A DNA stretch of 64,000 nucleotides. Origin: Alphaproteobacteria bacterium. Its GTDB lineage: Bacteria > Pseudomonadota > Alphaproteobacteria > UBA9219 > RGZA01. Position numbers and translations under genes: made by a program. Location: contig JAKFVN010000030.1 of assembly GCA_021732145.1 (NCBI GenBank), forward strand, positions 5,974-69,973. Reading direction: 5' to 3'. Numbering within the stretch: the first letter of the stretch is position 1; every line of letters starts with the position of its first letter. The notes beneath the pieces were generated by a model, which made no database searches, was not told the DNA's origin, and saw only the letters and a list, made by a program, of their open reading frames with translations. Positions 46,832 to 57,335 of this stretch are shown here, one piece after another.

Positions 46832-47557
46832 GTGGCTAAAACGAACACGCTCCCCAAAAACCTTCCGGCTAAAAACGCTTCCATCGATGCTGACGCGCAG
46901 GCGCTGATTGACGAAGTGGATGCCGAGGTAAAGGCCGAACAGGTCAAAACTTTCTTCACCCGTTATGGCAACTTTATAGCGGGCTTGCTCATCGCCGTGA
47001 TTGTTGCGGTTGCAGCAGGCAACACCATGATCAATATGCGCATGCAGGATCAGGAAAAAGATTCCGAACAGCTTATCACGTTGCTCGATAAAGACCTTGA
47101 TAAGGTCAGCGGCGATGAAGCCAAGGCAACCATCCTTGATTTAGGCAAGATGGCCGCCGCAGGCAGCGGGGAAGGCCACCGCGTTGCCGCAGGCCTTGGC
47201 GAAGCAGGCAGCTATTTCAAGCAAGGCAACACCGAAGCCGGATTAAAGGCATTGGCAACGCTAAGCTCCGACGACTCGATTAAGCCGCTTTACCGCGATT
47301 ATGCCAAGCTGCTTTCCATTCGCGCCCGCGCGGACAAGGATGATGTGCAAAAGCTGATTGATGAAATGCGCCCATTGCTGGATGCAAAGAACCCGTGGCA
47401 TATCAGCGCGCTTGAATTATCAGCGGTTTTTTATGCAAAGCTAGGCCAAAAGGACAAGGCCATTGAACAGTTGAACAAGATGGTGATTGACCCCGAAGCA
47501 TCCACGGCCGTGGTTGAACGCGCAAAGCTTCTGTCGCGCGTTTATAAGGCTCAGTAA
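46832..47557 (+). CDS. Membrane-anchored TPR-like protein, YfgM family
   Basis: One N-terminal TM segment (FIAGLLIAVIVAVAAG) and a helical-repeat C-terminal domain. Sits in the conserved yfgM-bamB-der position. GTG start. Confidence 0.55.
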   Translation: MAKTNTLPKNLPAKNASIDADAQALIDEVDAEVKAEQVKTFFTRYGNFIAGLLIAVIVAVAAGNTMINMRMQDQEKDSEQLITLLDKDLDKVSGDEAKATILDLGKMAAAGSGEGHRVAAGLGEAGSYFKQGNTEAGLKALATLSSDDSIKPLYRDYAKLLSIRARADKDDVQKLIDEMRPLLDAKNPWHISALELSAVFYAKLGQKDKAIEQLNKMVIDPEASTAVVERAKLLSRVYKAQ

Positions 47558-47593
47558 ATCACTTCACAGCAACCTCAACTTCAAATAACCAGC

Positions 47594-48919
47594 ATGGTTA
47601 GATTATTCATCGCATTACTGGCATCGGTTGTTTTGCTTACCGGTTGCGAAGGCTTGTTCGGCAAGGAATCCGGCCAGCGCGGCGCGCTGCCTGGGAAGCG
47701 CAGCGATGTGTTTTCAGCCGAACGCGCACTGAAGGCCGATGCGGACGCGCAAACTGTTTCCGTTGAGATTCCCGCGGCGCAAGACGTGGTGGATTGGCCG
47801 CAGCCGGGCGGTTCACTGGCCCGCGTGCATGGCAATGCAGCGCTTTCAGCAGACCCCCATGAAGCATGGTCGGTTTCAATCGGAGATGGATCTCATTCCG
47901 ATGGCGTATTAACGGCCACGCCGATTGTTGCAGCGGGCAAGATTTTCACGGTGGATGCATCCGCGCGGGTAACTGCGTTTTCAGCGCAAAACGGCGACCG
48001 CGTATGGGAAACGCACATTCCCGAGCAGCGCCCTGATGAGGCAAGCATTGCAGGCACAGGGTTGGCGTATGACCAGGGCAAGCTGGTGGTCACCACCAGC
48101 TATGGCTTTGTCGTGCAACTGGATGCATCAACGGGCAAGCAAATCTGGCAGCGCAATTTGCAAACGCCCGTGCGCAACGCGCCGATTATTGCGGATGGAA
48201 AAATTTACGTTATCAGCCTGAACAACACCTTGCAGGAACTTTCATTCGCCGATGGTTCATTGGGCTGGAACCATTCGGGCATTCAGGAATCCGCATCGTT
48301 CCTTGGCACCGCCAGTGCAACCGTGACCGATGATTTGGTGATTGTGCCGTACAGCAGCGGTGAAATTTTTGGCCTGCGCCGCATCAACGGCCGCATGGCA
48401 TGGCAGGAAAATCTCGCCAGCACCAAGCGCGTGGGCACATTGCCCGCGATGGCCGATATTGAAGGCGAGCCTGTTTTGTATAATGGGCGCGTGCATATCA
48501 TCAGCCATTCCGGCCGCTTTGTGGCGCTGGATGAACGCAGCGGCAAGCGCGTATGGGAAGCAGATGCGGGCAGCGTGCAAACGCCGTGGTTTGCGGGCAA
48601 TAGCATTTTTCTCGTGACCAGTGAAAACCAATTGGCCGCGCTTTCGATTGATGATGGCCATGTGCGCTGGACGGTTGATTTGCCGCGTTACATCGACCCT
48701 GAAAACCGCACCGAAACCATTGCATGGGTTGGCCCTGTATTGGCGGGCGGAAAATTATGGCTCGGTAATTCGCTGGGCGCATTTAACAGCTATAACCCAA
48801 TGAACGGGAAACTGGTCACGACGCGCACCTTCTCGTCGCCTGTTTATCTGTCGCCAATTGTTGCGGGGCGCACCATGTATGTGCTGACCGATGACGGGCG
48901 TTTAACGGCTTTACGGTAA
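47594..48919 (+). CDS. bamB: Outer membrane protein assembly factor BamB (PQQ-like beta-propeller lipoprotein)
   Basis: Lipobox LLTGC. Repeated beta-propeller blades of the PQQ-type motif (GKIFTVDASARVTAF..., GKIYVISLNNTLQELSF..., GRVHIISHSGRFVALD...). Upstream of der. Confidence 0.75.
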   Translation: MVRLFIALLASVVLLTGCEGLFGKESGQRGALPGKRSDVFSAERALKADADAQTVSVEIPAAQDVVDWPQPGGSLARVHGNAALSADPHEAWSVSIGDGSHSDGVLTATPIVAAGKIFTVDASARVTAFSAQNGDRVWETHIPEQRPDEASIAGTGLAYDQGKLVVTTSYGFVVQLDASTGKQIWQRNLQTPVRNAPIIADGKIYVISLNNTLQELSFADGSLGWNHSGIQESASFLGTASATVTDDLVIVPYSSGEIFGLRRINGRMAWQENLASTKRVGTLPAMADIEGEPVLYNGRVHIISHSGRFVALDERSGKRVWEADAGSVQTPWFAGNSIFLVTSENQLAALSIDDGHVRWTVDLPRYIDPENRTETIAWVGPVLAGGKLWLGNSLGAFNSYNPMNGKLVTTRTFSSPVYLSPIVAGRTMYVLTDDGRLTALR

Positions 48920-48926
48920 TTAAGCC

Positions 48927-50294
48927 ATGCTGAAAGTTTCCGTTATTGGCCGCCCGAATGTGGGCAAATCCACCTTATTTAATCGCTTGGCAGGCAAAAA
49001 ACTGGCTCTGGTGCATGACGAACCGGGCGTAACGCGCGATTGGCGCGAAGCACCCGCCAGCCTGTTTGATTTGGATTTCACCGTGCTGGATACAGCGGGG
49101 GTTGAGGAAGCGGATAAGGAAAGCCTTGCTGGCCGCATGACTGCCACGACGAAATCCGCGCTGGAACAATCCGACATTGCGCTGTTTGTGGTGGATGCGC
49201 GTGCAGGGCTTGCGCCAACCGACCGTGATGTGGCGGGTATTTTGCGTAAAAGCAATAAGCCGATCATCCTGATTGCCAATAAATGTGATAATAATCTGCC
49301 CGACGGCTTTGATGAATTGCACGCACTGGGTCTTGGCGAACCGGTTGCTATTTCCGCCGAACACAATATGGGCATGCGCGATTTATATGAAGCGCTGAAG
49401 CCATTCATCGACCGCGAACATGTGAAGGTTGAGGAATATGAACGCGCGGAAGGTGATGAGGAAGCGGAGGAGGCGGAGGAAAACAAGCCGCTGCACCTCG
49501 CCATCATCGGCCGTCCGAATGCCGGTAAATCAACGCTGGTCAACGCATTGCTGGGCTATGACCGCATGCTGACAGGGCCGGAAGCGGGCCTGACGCGCGA
49601 CGCTGTCCACATTCAATGGGATTATGAAGGCCAGCCTATTCGTCTTGTTGATACCGCAGGTCTGCGCCGCAACACCAAGGTGCATGAGAAGATTGAAGAA
49701 ATGTCAGTCGCCGAAACTGAACGCGCGGTGCGCCTTGCGCATGTGGTGGTGCTGGTGGTCGATGCAACGGAAATGTTCGAACACCAAGATTTGCATTTGG
49801 CGCAAATGGTGGAGCGCGAAGGCCGCGGCCTCGTCATCTGCATCAATAAATGGGATTTGGTTCCAAATAAGGAGGAGGTGACGGCGTTCCTTCGTTCTTT
49901 TCTTGATAAAAACATCGCGCAATTGCCCGATATTCCCATTGTGATGACCACGGCAACCAAGGGCCAAAAGCTGGACAAGCTCATGGCGGCGGTGTTTGAC
50001 ATTTACGAAAAATGGAACCGCCGCATATCCACCAGCGAATTAAACCGCTGGCTGCAGCCATTGCTTGATCATCATCCGCCCCCGTTGACGGCAGGCAGGC
50101 CTATTCGCATTCGGTATATGACGCAGATTAAAACGCGCCCACCCACATTTAACATTTGGGTAAACAAGCCCACCAATTTGCCGGATACGTATATCCGCTA
50201 TCTTGCCAATGATTTTCGCCGTACCTTTGATATGGGCGGCGTGGTGTTGCGCTTTTATACCAAGAAAAGCGATAACCCCTACGTGGATGATTGA
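48927..50294 (+). CDS. der: Ribosome biogenesis GTPase Der (EngA), two tandem GTPase domains + KH-like domain
   Basis: Two G-domains with G1 motifs GRPNVGKST and GRPNAGKST, plus a C-terminal KH-like domain. Confidence 0.9.
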   Translation: MLKVSVIGRPNVGKSTLFNRLAGKKLALVHDEPGVTRDWREAPASLFDLDFTVLDTAGVEEADKESLAGRMTATTKSALEQSDIALFVVDARAGLAPTDRDVAGILRKSNKPIILIANKCDNNLPDGFDELHALGLGEPVAISAEHNMGMRDLYEALKPFIDREHVKVEEYERAEGDEEAEEAEENKPLHLAIIGRPNAGKSTLVNALLGYDRMLTGPEAGLTRDAVHIQWDYEGQPIRLVDTAGLRRNTKVHEKIEEMSVAETERAVRLAHVVVLVVDATEMFEHQDLHLAQMVEREGRGLVICINKWDLVPNKEEVTAFLRSFLDKNIAQLPDIPIVMTTATKGQKLDKLMAAVFDIYEKWNRRISTSELNRWLQPLLDHHPPPLTAGRPIRIRYMTQIKTRPPTFNIWVNKPTNLPDTYIRYLANDFRRTFDMGGVVLRFYTKKSDNPYVDD

Positions 50295-50879
50295 TTATGC
50301 GTCTGCGCGCCGCGCGCGATTGCGGCGGGCTTGCAATTGCGCGTATTGGAATTGCGTTGGCCTGCCGCCGGGCTTGATGACGATGTCATCTTGCTTGAAA
50401 ACCTTATCCAGTTTTTTGCGCGTGCGGCGATAGGCCGTGAGATGCCCCTTCAGGCGATTAACGTCGGTTGTCTGCGCATTGCTGAAATGCGCTGCAACGG
50501 CAAGGCGTTCCATCTGGCGCAGGCGGCGAATGGTTTGGTAATTAATCGGTTCCAGCGGTTTTAAATTATCATCTGCTTTTACATCCGCCAGTTTTTTGGC
50601 GTGGGTTTCAAATTTATCGGCAATTTGCGTGAAGGATTTGATGCAGCCAACGCGGAACGCATCCAATACATATTCGCGTTTCAGGTGTTTGAGCGTGGCA
50701 ACCAGCGCCTTATCATCATTCACCAGTGATTCAAACAAACGCAGCGCGATGGAGAAATGTGAGCCATAGCGGAATTTTTTGCTTCCGCGCGGCAGCTGTT
50801 TCAACAGTTCGGTCAGCTCGCGCAGCTTTTCGCTCATCGGTTCTTGCGCGATTTGTTCAAGTATAACTTTGTTTATCAT
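50295..50879 (-). CDS. Hypothetical basic protein (194 aa)
   Basis: ATG at 50879. Lys/Arg-rich. No motif recognised. Convergent with and abutting der. Confidence 0.35.
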   Translation of the reverse strand: MINKVILEQIAQEPMSEKLRELTELLKQLPRGSKKFRYGSHFSIALRLFESLVNDDKALVATLKHLKREYVLDAFRVGCIKSFTQIADKFETHAKKLADVKADDNLKPLEPINYQTIRRLRQMERLAVAAHFSNAQTTDVNRLKGHLTAYRRTRKKLDKVFKQDDIVIKPGGRPTQFQYAQLQARRNRARRADA

Positions 50880-50954
50880 CCGGCGTTTTAAAATATGTGT
50901 TCAATATGAATGCACTATACAAAGTCGTGCGAAACACTGCGAGCGATTAATCTT

Positions 50955-51626
50955 TTAGCTGTTTACATATCTTAATGCGATGTCGGCTGGCTTTGCCAAT
51001 GCGCTTTGGTTTTCGCCGGGATAAGCATTTCTGCGCAGTTGCGTGGCCATCACGCCGGGATTGAATACATCCACCTTAAAGCCTGCTTGCCTGGTTTCTG
51101 CGGCATAGCTGGCGGCCAATTGATTAAGGGCGGCCTTGCTTGCGCCGTAAGCACCCCAATAGGCATCACCCAAGGAACTGCAAGTCACGAATGTGATATG
51201 CGGATTTCCTGCATTGCGCAGCAGCGGGTCAAGATGACGCAGCAGACGGATATTCGCAGTCACATTTACATCCATCACCAATTGCCAGTCTTTTTCGGTT
51301 GTGTGCGCAACGGGGCTGGATGGGCCGATGGTCGCCGCATTCAAAATCAAACGCTGCAATTTTCCAAAGCGTTCAAACAAAGTTTGGCCAAGCATGGCGA
51401 AGGATGTATCGGGCGAAGCAAGATTGAATGGAATAAGCGTCGCGCTGTTGCCGGTGGTCTTTTTGATTGAATCATCCAGTTCGGTCAGGCCGCCTTGCGT
51501 CTTCGCAAGTGCAATAATGTGGTCGCCGCGCTTGGCATGCTGCGTTGCAAGAAAAAAGCCAAGACCGCGCGAAGCGCCCGTAATCAAGGTATTAATCGGC
51601 GTGTTTTGCTTGGTGTTGTCTTGCAT
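50955..51626 (-). CDS. Short-chain dehydrogenase/reductase (SDR) family oxidoreductase
   Basis: TGASRGLG cofactor motif and a YxxxK catalytic region (YGASKAAL). Confidence 0.7.
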   Translation of the reverse strand: MQDNTKQNTPINTLITGASRGLGFFLATQHAKRGDHIIALAKTQGGLTELDDSIKKTTGNSATLIPFNLASPDTSFAMLGQTLFERFGKLQRLILNAATIGPSSPVAHTTEKDWQLVMDVNVTANIRLLRHLDPLLRNAGNPHITFVTCSSLGDAYWGAYGASKAALNQLAASYAAETRQAGFKVDVFNPGVMATQLRRNAYPGENQSALAKPADIALRYVNS

Positions 51627-51735
51627 GGCGTTGTGGATAGTTTTGTTTAAAAAATGCTGCGCTGCGAGTTCATAAATTATTAGGTTTCATCCATCAATGA
51701 TGGCGTATTGCTATTATTGAGAAGGAGGCTGCCCC

Positions 51736-52152
51736 GTGTCAACACATGCGTCAACGCACGTTAGCCTGCATTTTGCCAAAGCCGTTCGCAATTGCATTTT
51801 GGAAAATCCTGTAATCACCAAATCGCTCGCTGAGCTTGGTTTGGTGAACGCCAAAGTGTCCATCATTCATGAAAAAGGAACCGATAACCGTCAGGTTAAC
51901 CTGTGCTTTGATTTGGCAGAAGGCGATAACATTGAAGGCATTGCGCGCAAATTTGGCATTGGCGTTGTGCCAGCTGTGATGCAGCAGCTGCAAAAGGAAG
52001 GCGTCGCCGAAAAACCAAAATCGGAGTTTTTCTGCGTGCCGCAAACGCCGGATCATCAAAAAGATGCTGTGGTGGCTATCTTTTCATTTAATGAAAATAT
52101 GAAGTACACGACGATGGAAATGGCAGGCGTTACTCAGCCGCGGCCGAATTAA
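51736..52152 (+). CDS. Hypothetical protein (138 aa)
   Basis: GTG start with a strong SD (GAAGGAGG) 7 nt upstream. No homology recognised. The 3' end overlaps the end of purF. Confidence 0.35.
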   Translation: MSTHASTHVSLHFAKAVRNCILENPVITKSLAELGLVNAKVSIIHEKGTDNRQVNLCFDLAEGDNIEGIARKFGIGVVPAVMQQLQKEGVAEKPKSEFFCVPQTPDHQKDAVVAIFSFNENMKYTTMEMAGVTQPRPN

Positions 52153-53629
52153 GGAAGGAAAGCTGTTGTTCATCCAATCGGCTATTCAAATCCGTGAGCG
52201 CCGTCGGGTATTCACCGCTGAAACAGGCATCGCAATAGCTTGGCTTCTCTGGGTCGCGTTTTTGCTCACCCACGGCGCGGTATAATCCATCCAGCGAAAT
52301 AAACGCAAGGCTGTCTGCGCCAATCAACTTGGCCATTTCATCCACGCTGAATTTATGCGCCATCAGCTTTTCTTTTTCCGGCGTATCGATGCCGTAGAAG
52401 CAGCTGAACTTGGTTGGCGGCGATGAAATGCGCATATGCACTTCCTTTGCGCCAGCCTGGCGCACCATTTCCACAATCTTGGTCGATGTGGTGCCGCGCA
52501 CGATGCTGTCGTCAATCAAAACCACGCGCTTGCCTTCCAGCATGGCGCGGTTGGCGTTGTGTTTCAAACGCACGCCCAAATGGCGAATGTTATCGGTTGG
52601 TTCAATAAAGGTGCGGCCCACGTAGTGATTGCGGATAATGCCCAGTTCAAACGGCAGGCCGCTTTGCGCGGCATAACCGATGGCAGCGGGAACGCCGCTA
52701 TCGGGCACGGGCACCACAATATCGGCCTTCACATGGGCTTCGCGCGCCAGCTGCATGCCGATGCGCTTGCGCACGTCATAGACCGAGTGGCCCTGCATGA
52801 AGCTGTCAGGGCGGGCAAAATAAATATATTCGAATACGCAAAAGCGTGATTGCTTGCGCTCCGCCTTGGAACTTTCAAATGGGCGGTAGCTGGTCACGCC
52901 ATTTTCATCCAGCATCACCAATTCGCCTGCTTCAATGTCGCGCACAAAATCCGCGCCAATAATATCAAGCGCGCAGGTTTCGCTGGCCAGCACATAGGTA
53001 TCGCCGGATTTGCCAAGCACCAGCGGGCGAAGGCCCAGCGGATCACGCACACCCATGATGCAAGTTGGCGCAAGGCAGACGAGGGAGTAAGCGCCTTCAA
53101 TCTGTTTTACTGCATCAATCAAACGGTCAATCGGCGTTTGCTGCGCCGATTGCGCCATCAAATGGATGACAACTTCGGTATCGGTTGTTGAATGGAATAA
53201 GCTGCCGCGCTTGATCAAATCCTTGCGCAGCGAATAGGCGTTGGTGAGATTGCCGTTATGGGCAAGGGCAAAGCCGCCAAACTCAAAATCGGCAAAGAAG
53301 GGCTGCACGTTGCGCAATGCCGTTTCACCTGTGGTGGCATAACGGTTATGGCCGATGGCCATATGGCCCATCAGGCGGCGGATAACACCTTCCTTATTAA
53401 AGTTTTTGCCCACATGGCCCAGCGCGTGATGCGCATGGAAATGCTCGCCGTCATAGGTGACAATGCCGGCTGCTTCCTGCCCGCGGTGTTGCAGGGCGTG
53501 AAGGCCCAGCGCGGTAAGTGCGGAAGCATCCTTGTTATTATAAATCGCGAATACGCCGCAATACTCGTGCAAACGATCATCATCGAATGGCGAGGTGGTC
53601 AGGAGCGGCGATGGTTCGTCGTTCATCAT
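52130..53629 (-). CDS. purF: Amidophosphoribosyltransferase PurF
   Basis: N-terminal CGVFAIY (Cys1 Ntn glutaminase) and a PRTase domain. 499 aa. Overlaps the cvpA stop (ATGA). Confidence 0.9.
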   Translation of the reverse strand: MMNDEPSPLLTTSPFDDDRLHEYCGVFAIYNNKDASALTALGLHALQHRGQEAAGIVTYDGEHFHAHHALGHVGKNFNKEGVIRRLMGHMAIGHNRYATTGETALRNVQPFFADFEFGGFALAHNGNLTNAYSLRKDLIKRGSLFHSTTDTEVVIHLMAQSAQQTPIDRLIDAVKQIEGAYSLVCLAPTCIMGVRDPLGLRPLVLGKSGDTYVLASETCALDIIGADFVRDIEAGELVMLDENGVTSYRPFESSKAERKQSRFCVFEYIYFARPDSFMQGHSVYDVRKRIGMQLAREAHVKADIVVPVPDSGVPAAIGYAAQSGLPFELGIIRNHYVGRTFIEPTDNIRHLGVRLKHNANRAMLEGKRVVLIDDSIVRGTTSTKIVEMVRQAGAKEVHMRISSPPTKFSCFYGIDTPEKEKLMAHKFSVDEMAKLIGADSLAFISLDGLYRAVGEQKRDPEKPSYCDACFSGEYPTALTDLNSRLDEQQLSFLNSAAAE

Positions 53630-54255
53630 TTTGGCGCGGCGCTCTTTGTATTGTTCAAAATGTTTTGCAATAAATCAGGATGCTTATCGGGTTCTTCCTT
53701 GATCGCCTGTCCGCTTTCAACGGCGTCTTCGCTGTTTTCCTGCGCGGATTTGGCTTTCTTTTCCATTAATTCGCGCTGTTCCTCGGGGATCAGGTTCTTG
53801 ACCATATCCGCGCCATACGCCAGCGCGGGCTTGGTATTGGCTTCTTTGAGCCATGCGGGTTGTTTTTCTTCCGGCAGCAGCCACGACACAATCAGATAAA
53901 TAATGGAGATGAGGAGATAGCCGCGCGCCGCGCCAAATAAAAATCCGAAGGAGCGGTCGATGGACGTGATGTGCTCGCCCTTGATGAAGCTGCGGATATA
54001 CATGCTGAATGGAATAAGCAGCAGCAACACGCCGCCAAAAATTACAAGGCCGCCCGCGAAATCGCGTAGCTGTGGTTGGTGAACATATTGTTCAAGGTAA
54101 GGGGCGACGAGCGCGTATTGGGTAAACCCGAGATAAGCGGCAATCGACCATGTGCCGAGGGAGAGGGATTCACGGACAAAACCACGAATGAAGGCAAGAC
54201 CGGCAGAGAGCAGAATGATGATAATGACAATGATATCGACTGCTGTATTGGGCAT
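53626..54255 (-). CDS. cvpA: Colicin V production protein CvpA family membrane protein
   Basis: N-terminal TM helices (MPNTAVDIIVIIIILLSAGLAFIRGF). In the conserved cvpA-purF operon position. Confidence 0.75.
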   Translation of the reverse strand: MPNTAVDIIVIIIILLSAGLAFIRGFVRESLSLGTWSIAAYLGFTQYALVAPYLEQYVHQPQLRDFAGGLVIFGGVLLLLIPFSMYIRSFIKGEHITSIDRSFGFLFGAARGYLLISIIYLIVSWLLPEEKQPAWLKEANTKPALAYGADMVKNLIPEEQRELMEKKAKSAQENSEDAVESGQAIKEEPDKHPDLLQNILNNTKSAAPK

Positions 54256-54388
54256 GGGTATCCGGCTCTTTCGCTAGCAAGGTCAGGGAAGATGTGTAGT
54301 TCTTAAGCCATCTTTTAACTGTGCGCCGCATCATAACGCAAGGCCTTGAAACTATATAGTCCAGCGTTGGGTATTTTTCCAAAAAATA

Positions 54389-55843
54389 CTAACCAGCAAA
54401 ACGCTTTAGCGGCGGTTTTTGACCTACCGCGTCACCCCGTTTTTGCTGCGAAATCTGGCCGAAAAGCGCCCTTAATTCGCTTACATGACGAAGCTGGGTG
54501 AGTCGCAGGCCCCCATAACTATTTGCAGAAGGCATGGTTTTGCCTTCCTGCATGGTGGGGATGATGGCCTGTTTAAAGCCCAGCTTGGCGGCTTCCTTCA
54601 GCCGCTGCTCAATCATCGAAACGGGGCGGATTTCGCCGGATAAGCCAACCTCCCCGAATATAATGGCGTCTTCGGGCATGGGTTCATCGCACAGCGATGA
54701 CATCAACGCCGCCGCGACGGCCAAATCTGCCGCCGGTTCATTCACGCGCATGCCGCCCGCCACATTCAAATACACATCATTGGGGCCAATGCCGACACCT
54801 GCGCGCGTTTCCAAAACGGCAAGCAGCATGGCAAGGCGCGCATTATCCCACCCGACACTTGCGCGGCGCGGATTGCCAAGGGCAGATGGCGCAACGAGGG
54901 CCTGAATTTCAATGAGCATTGGCCGCGTGCCTTCCATGCCGGCGAAGACGGCGGTGCCCGTTGCATCCGCGGAGCGGTTGGCAAGAAAGAGGGCGGATGG
55001 ATTTTTTACTTCCTGTAATCCCAGATGGCTCATTTCAAAGACGCCAATTTCATCGGTTGCGCCAAAGCGGTTTTTTACCGCGCGTAAAATGCGGAATTGG
55101 TGGGTGCGTTCGCCTTCAAAATACAGAACCGTATCAACCATATGTTCCAATACGCGCGGGCCCGCCAATGTGCCTTCCTTCGTCACATGGCCAACCAAAA
55201 GCAATACGGAGCCGTGTTTTTTTGCAGCGTTGATGAGTTCTTGGGATGATAAGCGCACCTGCGCAACCGTGCCCGGCGCGCTATCCAGCACATCGGTGAA
55301 CATGGTTTGGATTGAATCAATCACAATCACATCAGGTGCATCATGCGCATTCAGTGTCGCCACAATATCGCGCACATGATTGCTGGCAGCAAGATGCAGC
55401 TTGGCATCGCTTAACCCAAGGCGCGCAGCGCGCAACCGGATTTGGTCGATGGATTCTTCACCCGACACATAAGCGCAATTATATTTTTGTGAAAGCTTGG
55501 CAAGCGCCTGAAGAAGCAGCGTGGATTTTCCAATCCCCGGATCGCCGCCAACCAATACCGCAGAACCCGGAACTAATCCGCCGCCGCATACGCGGTCGAA
55601 TTCGCTGATGTCACTGATGCGGCGCGGCAGGGGCGTGGATGTTCCCTGCAATTCCACAAACTCAACGCCCTTCGATTTTTTGCCGGATGAACTTTTACCG
55701 CCAGCTAAACTTTTGCTGGGGCCAACGCTGGCGACTTCCTCCACCATCGTGTTCCAGCCACCGCAGGCTTCGCATTTGCCAGCCCATTTGGACGACACGC
55801 CACCGCAGCTTTGGCACACATAGGTATTGGAGTTTTTGGCCAT
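54389..55843 (-). CDS. radA: DNA repair protein RadA (Sms)
   Basis: N-terminal C4 zinc finger (CQSCGG...CEACGG), RecA-like ATPase with Walker A GDPGIGKST, KNRFG motif, and C-terminal Lon-protease-like domain. Confidence 0.9.
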   Translation of the reverse strand: MAKNSNTYVCQSCGGVSSKWAGKCEACGGWNTMVEEVASVGPSKSLAGGKSSSGKKSKGVEFVELQGTSTPLPRRISDISEFDRVCGGGLVPGSAVLVGGDPGIGKSTLLLQALAKLSQKYNCAYVSGEESIDQIRLRAARLGLSDAKLHLAASNHVRDIVATLNAHDAPDVIVIDSIQTMFTDVLDSAPGTVAQVRLSSQELINAAKKHGSVLLLVGHVTKEGTLAGPRVLEHMVDTVLYFEGERTHQFRILRAVKNRFGATDEIGVFEMSHLGLQEVKNPSALFLANRSADATGTAVFAGMEGTRPMLIEIQALVAPSALGNPRRASVGWDNARLAMLLAVLETRAGVGIGPNDVYLNVAGGMRVNEPAADLAVAAALMSSLCDEPMPEDAIIFGEVGLSGEIRPVSMIEQRLKEAAKLGFKQAIIPTMQEGKTMPSANSYGGLRLTQLRHVSELRALFGQISQQKRGDAVGQKPPLKRFAG

Positions 55844-55928
55844 GAACAGGCGCTCCCGACTAGAATGTTCACTTTATGTTCTAATCGAATTCGGGCACTA
55901 AATCAAGCGAATTTTTGAGGCAATAAAG

Positions 55929-56978
55929 TTAGTGACCACCATTGAGGATCCGCGCAGCTTCCTCGGTACTAATTGGCTGTAAGTTGACGAAGGTCATACC
56001 AGCACCGCTAGCACTATAGGTGCATGAGCCAGCAGGAGGAGTAAAGCTGCTACCAAAAGGAACGATGTATACTACCCCGCCGCACCGAGCTGGAAGATTG
56101 GGGATCGTAAACCCATATGGCGAAGACGTGTTGATTGTGGCCAGGGGATTATTCGGATGGGCTTCATTGTAAGCTTTCTTGAAAGCTTCAAACTTTTCAG
56201 CTGCTTCACGTTTTTTTGCTTCATACAATTGACTTTGCCCCGTTGCAGCGTCATTTGCGAGTTGTGAACTGCCACCATTCATAAAAGCTGGCGGATCATC
56301 TTCGCGGTGGCGGCGGATGAGCGGCTTGCCCCCGCCGAAATAAATGCGCACACCTGCCATGATGGTGGCTTTGTGGTCACCATCGCTATTGCCATGTGCA
56401 AATACAGACAAATTATTGAAACCTGTAAAGGTTGGCTGATATTCAAGTTGTCCAAAACCGCTCAAATTACCTGTGTTTAATGATGCGCCGCCACCAATCG
56501 ATAAATTATCAATTGGATAAAATGTTGCTCCTAGTCCGCCAACAAAGCCATCCAGTAATTTAATTTTCTGACTGGTATCACCAAGTTGATAGCCGGCTTT
56601 GCCGGAAAATGTAAAACGATTGATGTATAATTCTACTTCACCACCACCACGGATAACATTTGCGCCGCCAACGGTAATATATCCACCTTCAACGCCTACT
56701 AAATAATGTTCAGGGTCTCGCGTGAAAAGATGTCCACCAAACGCACCCGCGAAGTCATCAAGAATTGTGCCGCCGGTTGCGTCAGCTTGAATACCAAAGC
56801 GTTTGCCGAGCGGGGCGGTAACGCTGCCGCTAACAAGTCCTGCACCTTCGCCGCTGGCCGTTCCACCTTCAGCAGAAATTTTAGCATTTAATGCAGATAC
56901 AGCAGACCCGTCTGCGAATGCAGACTCTGCAACCATAATCATCGCAATCAGTATAAAAAATCGCATTGCTGCGTTCAT
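55929..56978 (-). CDS. Secreted Gly-rich protein, possibly outer-membrane beta-barrel N-domain plus C-terminal domain (hypothetical)
   Basis: Signal peptide MNAAMRFFILIAMIMVAESAFA. Alternating hydrophobic beta-strand-like segments across about 230 aa, followed by a charged C-terminal domain. No terminal aromatic residue. Confidence 0.35.
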   Translation of the reverse strand: MNAAMRFFILIAMIMVAESAFADGSAVSALNAKISAEGGTASGEGAGLVSGSVTAPLGKRFGIQADATGGTILDDFAGAFGGHLFTRDPEHYLVGVEGGYITVGGANVIRGGGEVELYINRFTFSGKAGYQLGDTSQKIKLLDGFVGGLGATFYPIDNLSIGGGASLNTGNLSGFGQLEYQPTFTGFNNLSVFAHGNSDGDHKATIMAGVRIYFGGGKPLIRRHREDDPPAFMNGGSSQLANDAATGQSQLYEAKKREAAEKFEAFKKAYNEAHPNNPLATINTSSPYGFTIPNLPARCGGVVYIVPFGSSFTPPAGSCTYSASGAGMTFVNLQPISTEEAARILNGGH

Positions 56979-56989
56979 GTCGGTTTTAT

Positions 56990-57147
56990 TTAAGACGCTT
57001 TTTTTGATTCCTGATAGCCAGCTTTGAGCTGTTCAAGGATTTCCGATGCTTCATCGTATTTGCCAGCCTGAATGTCTTTCATGGCTTTTTCAACGGAAAC
57101 CAAAACTTCTTCCAGTTGCTTGACGCATTTTTGTTTGAGCTCGGTCA
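56990..57147 (-). CDS. Small hypothetical helical protein (52 aa)
   Basis: ATG at about 57147 with AGGA SD. Coiled-coil-like sequence. Very uncertain. Confidence 0.2.
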
Positions 57148-57218
57148 TTGGGGTGTTCCTGATAATGGGGGTAATAAGTGTTCTAATATTTAAGCCTTTT
57201 GCTGGCCGTGACAAGCAC

Positions 57219-57244
57219 AAAAACCGCCATAATCGCGGGTTTTG
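57219..57244. terminator. Hairpin flanked by A-run and T-run (aaaaCCGCcataatcGCGGgtttt), possible bidirectional terminator/insulator upstream of the ArgE-like gene
   Basis: Seen directly: a short GC stem between A4 and T4 runs. No gene end lies immediately upstream on either strand, so the role is unclear. Confidence 0.25.
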
Positions 57245-57335
57245 TGCGCAAGTAATTAAAGGGTTTTCGGGGGCGGTTATTCCTTTATGCTCTGAGCCTC
57301 ACATTTTTTTTTGGCAGATTTTTTAAGTAAAGATA

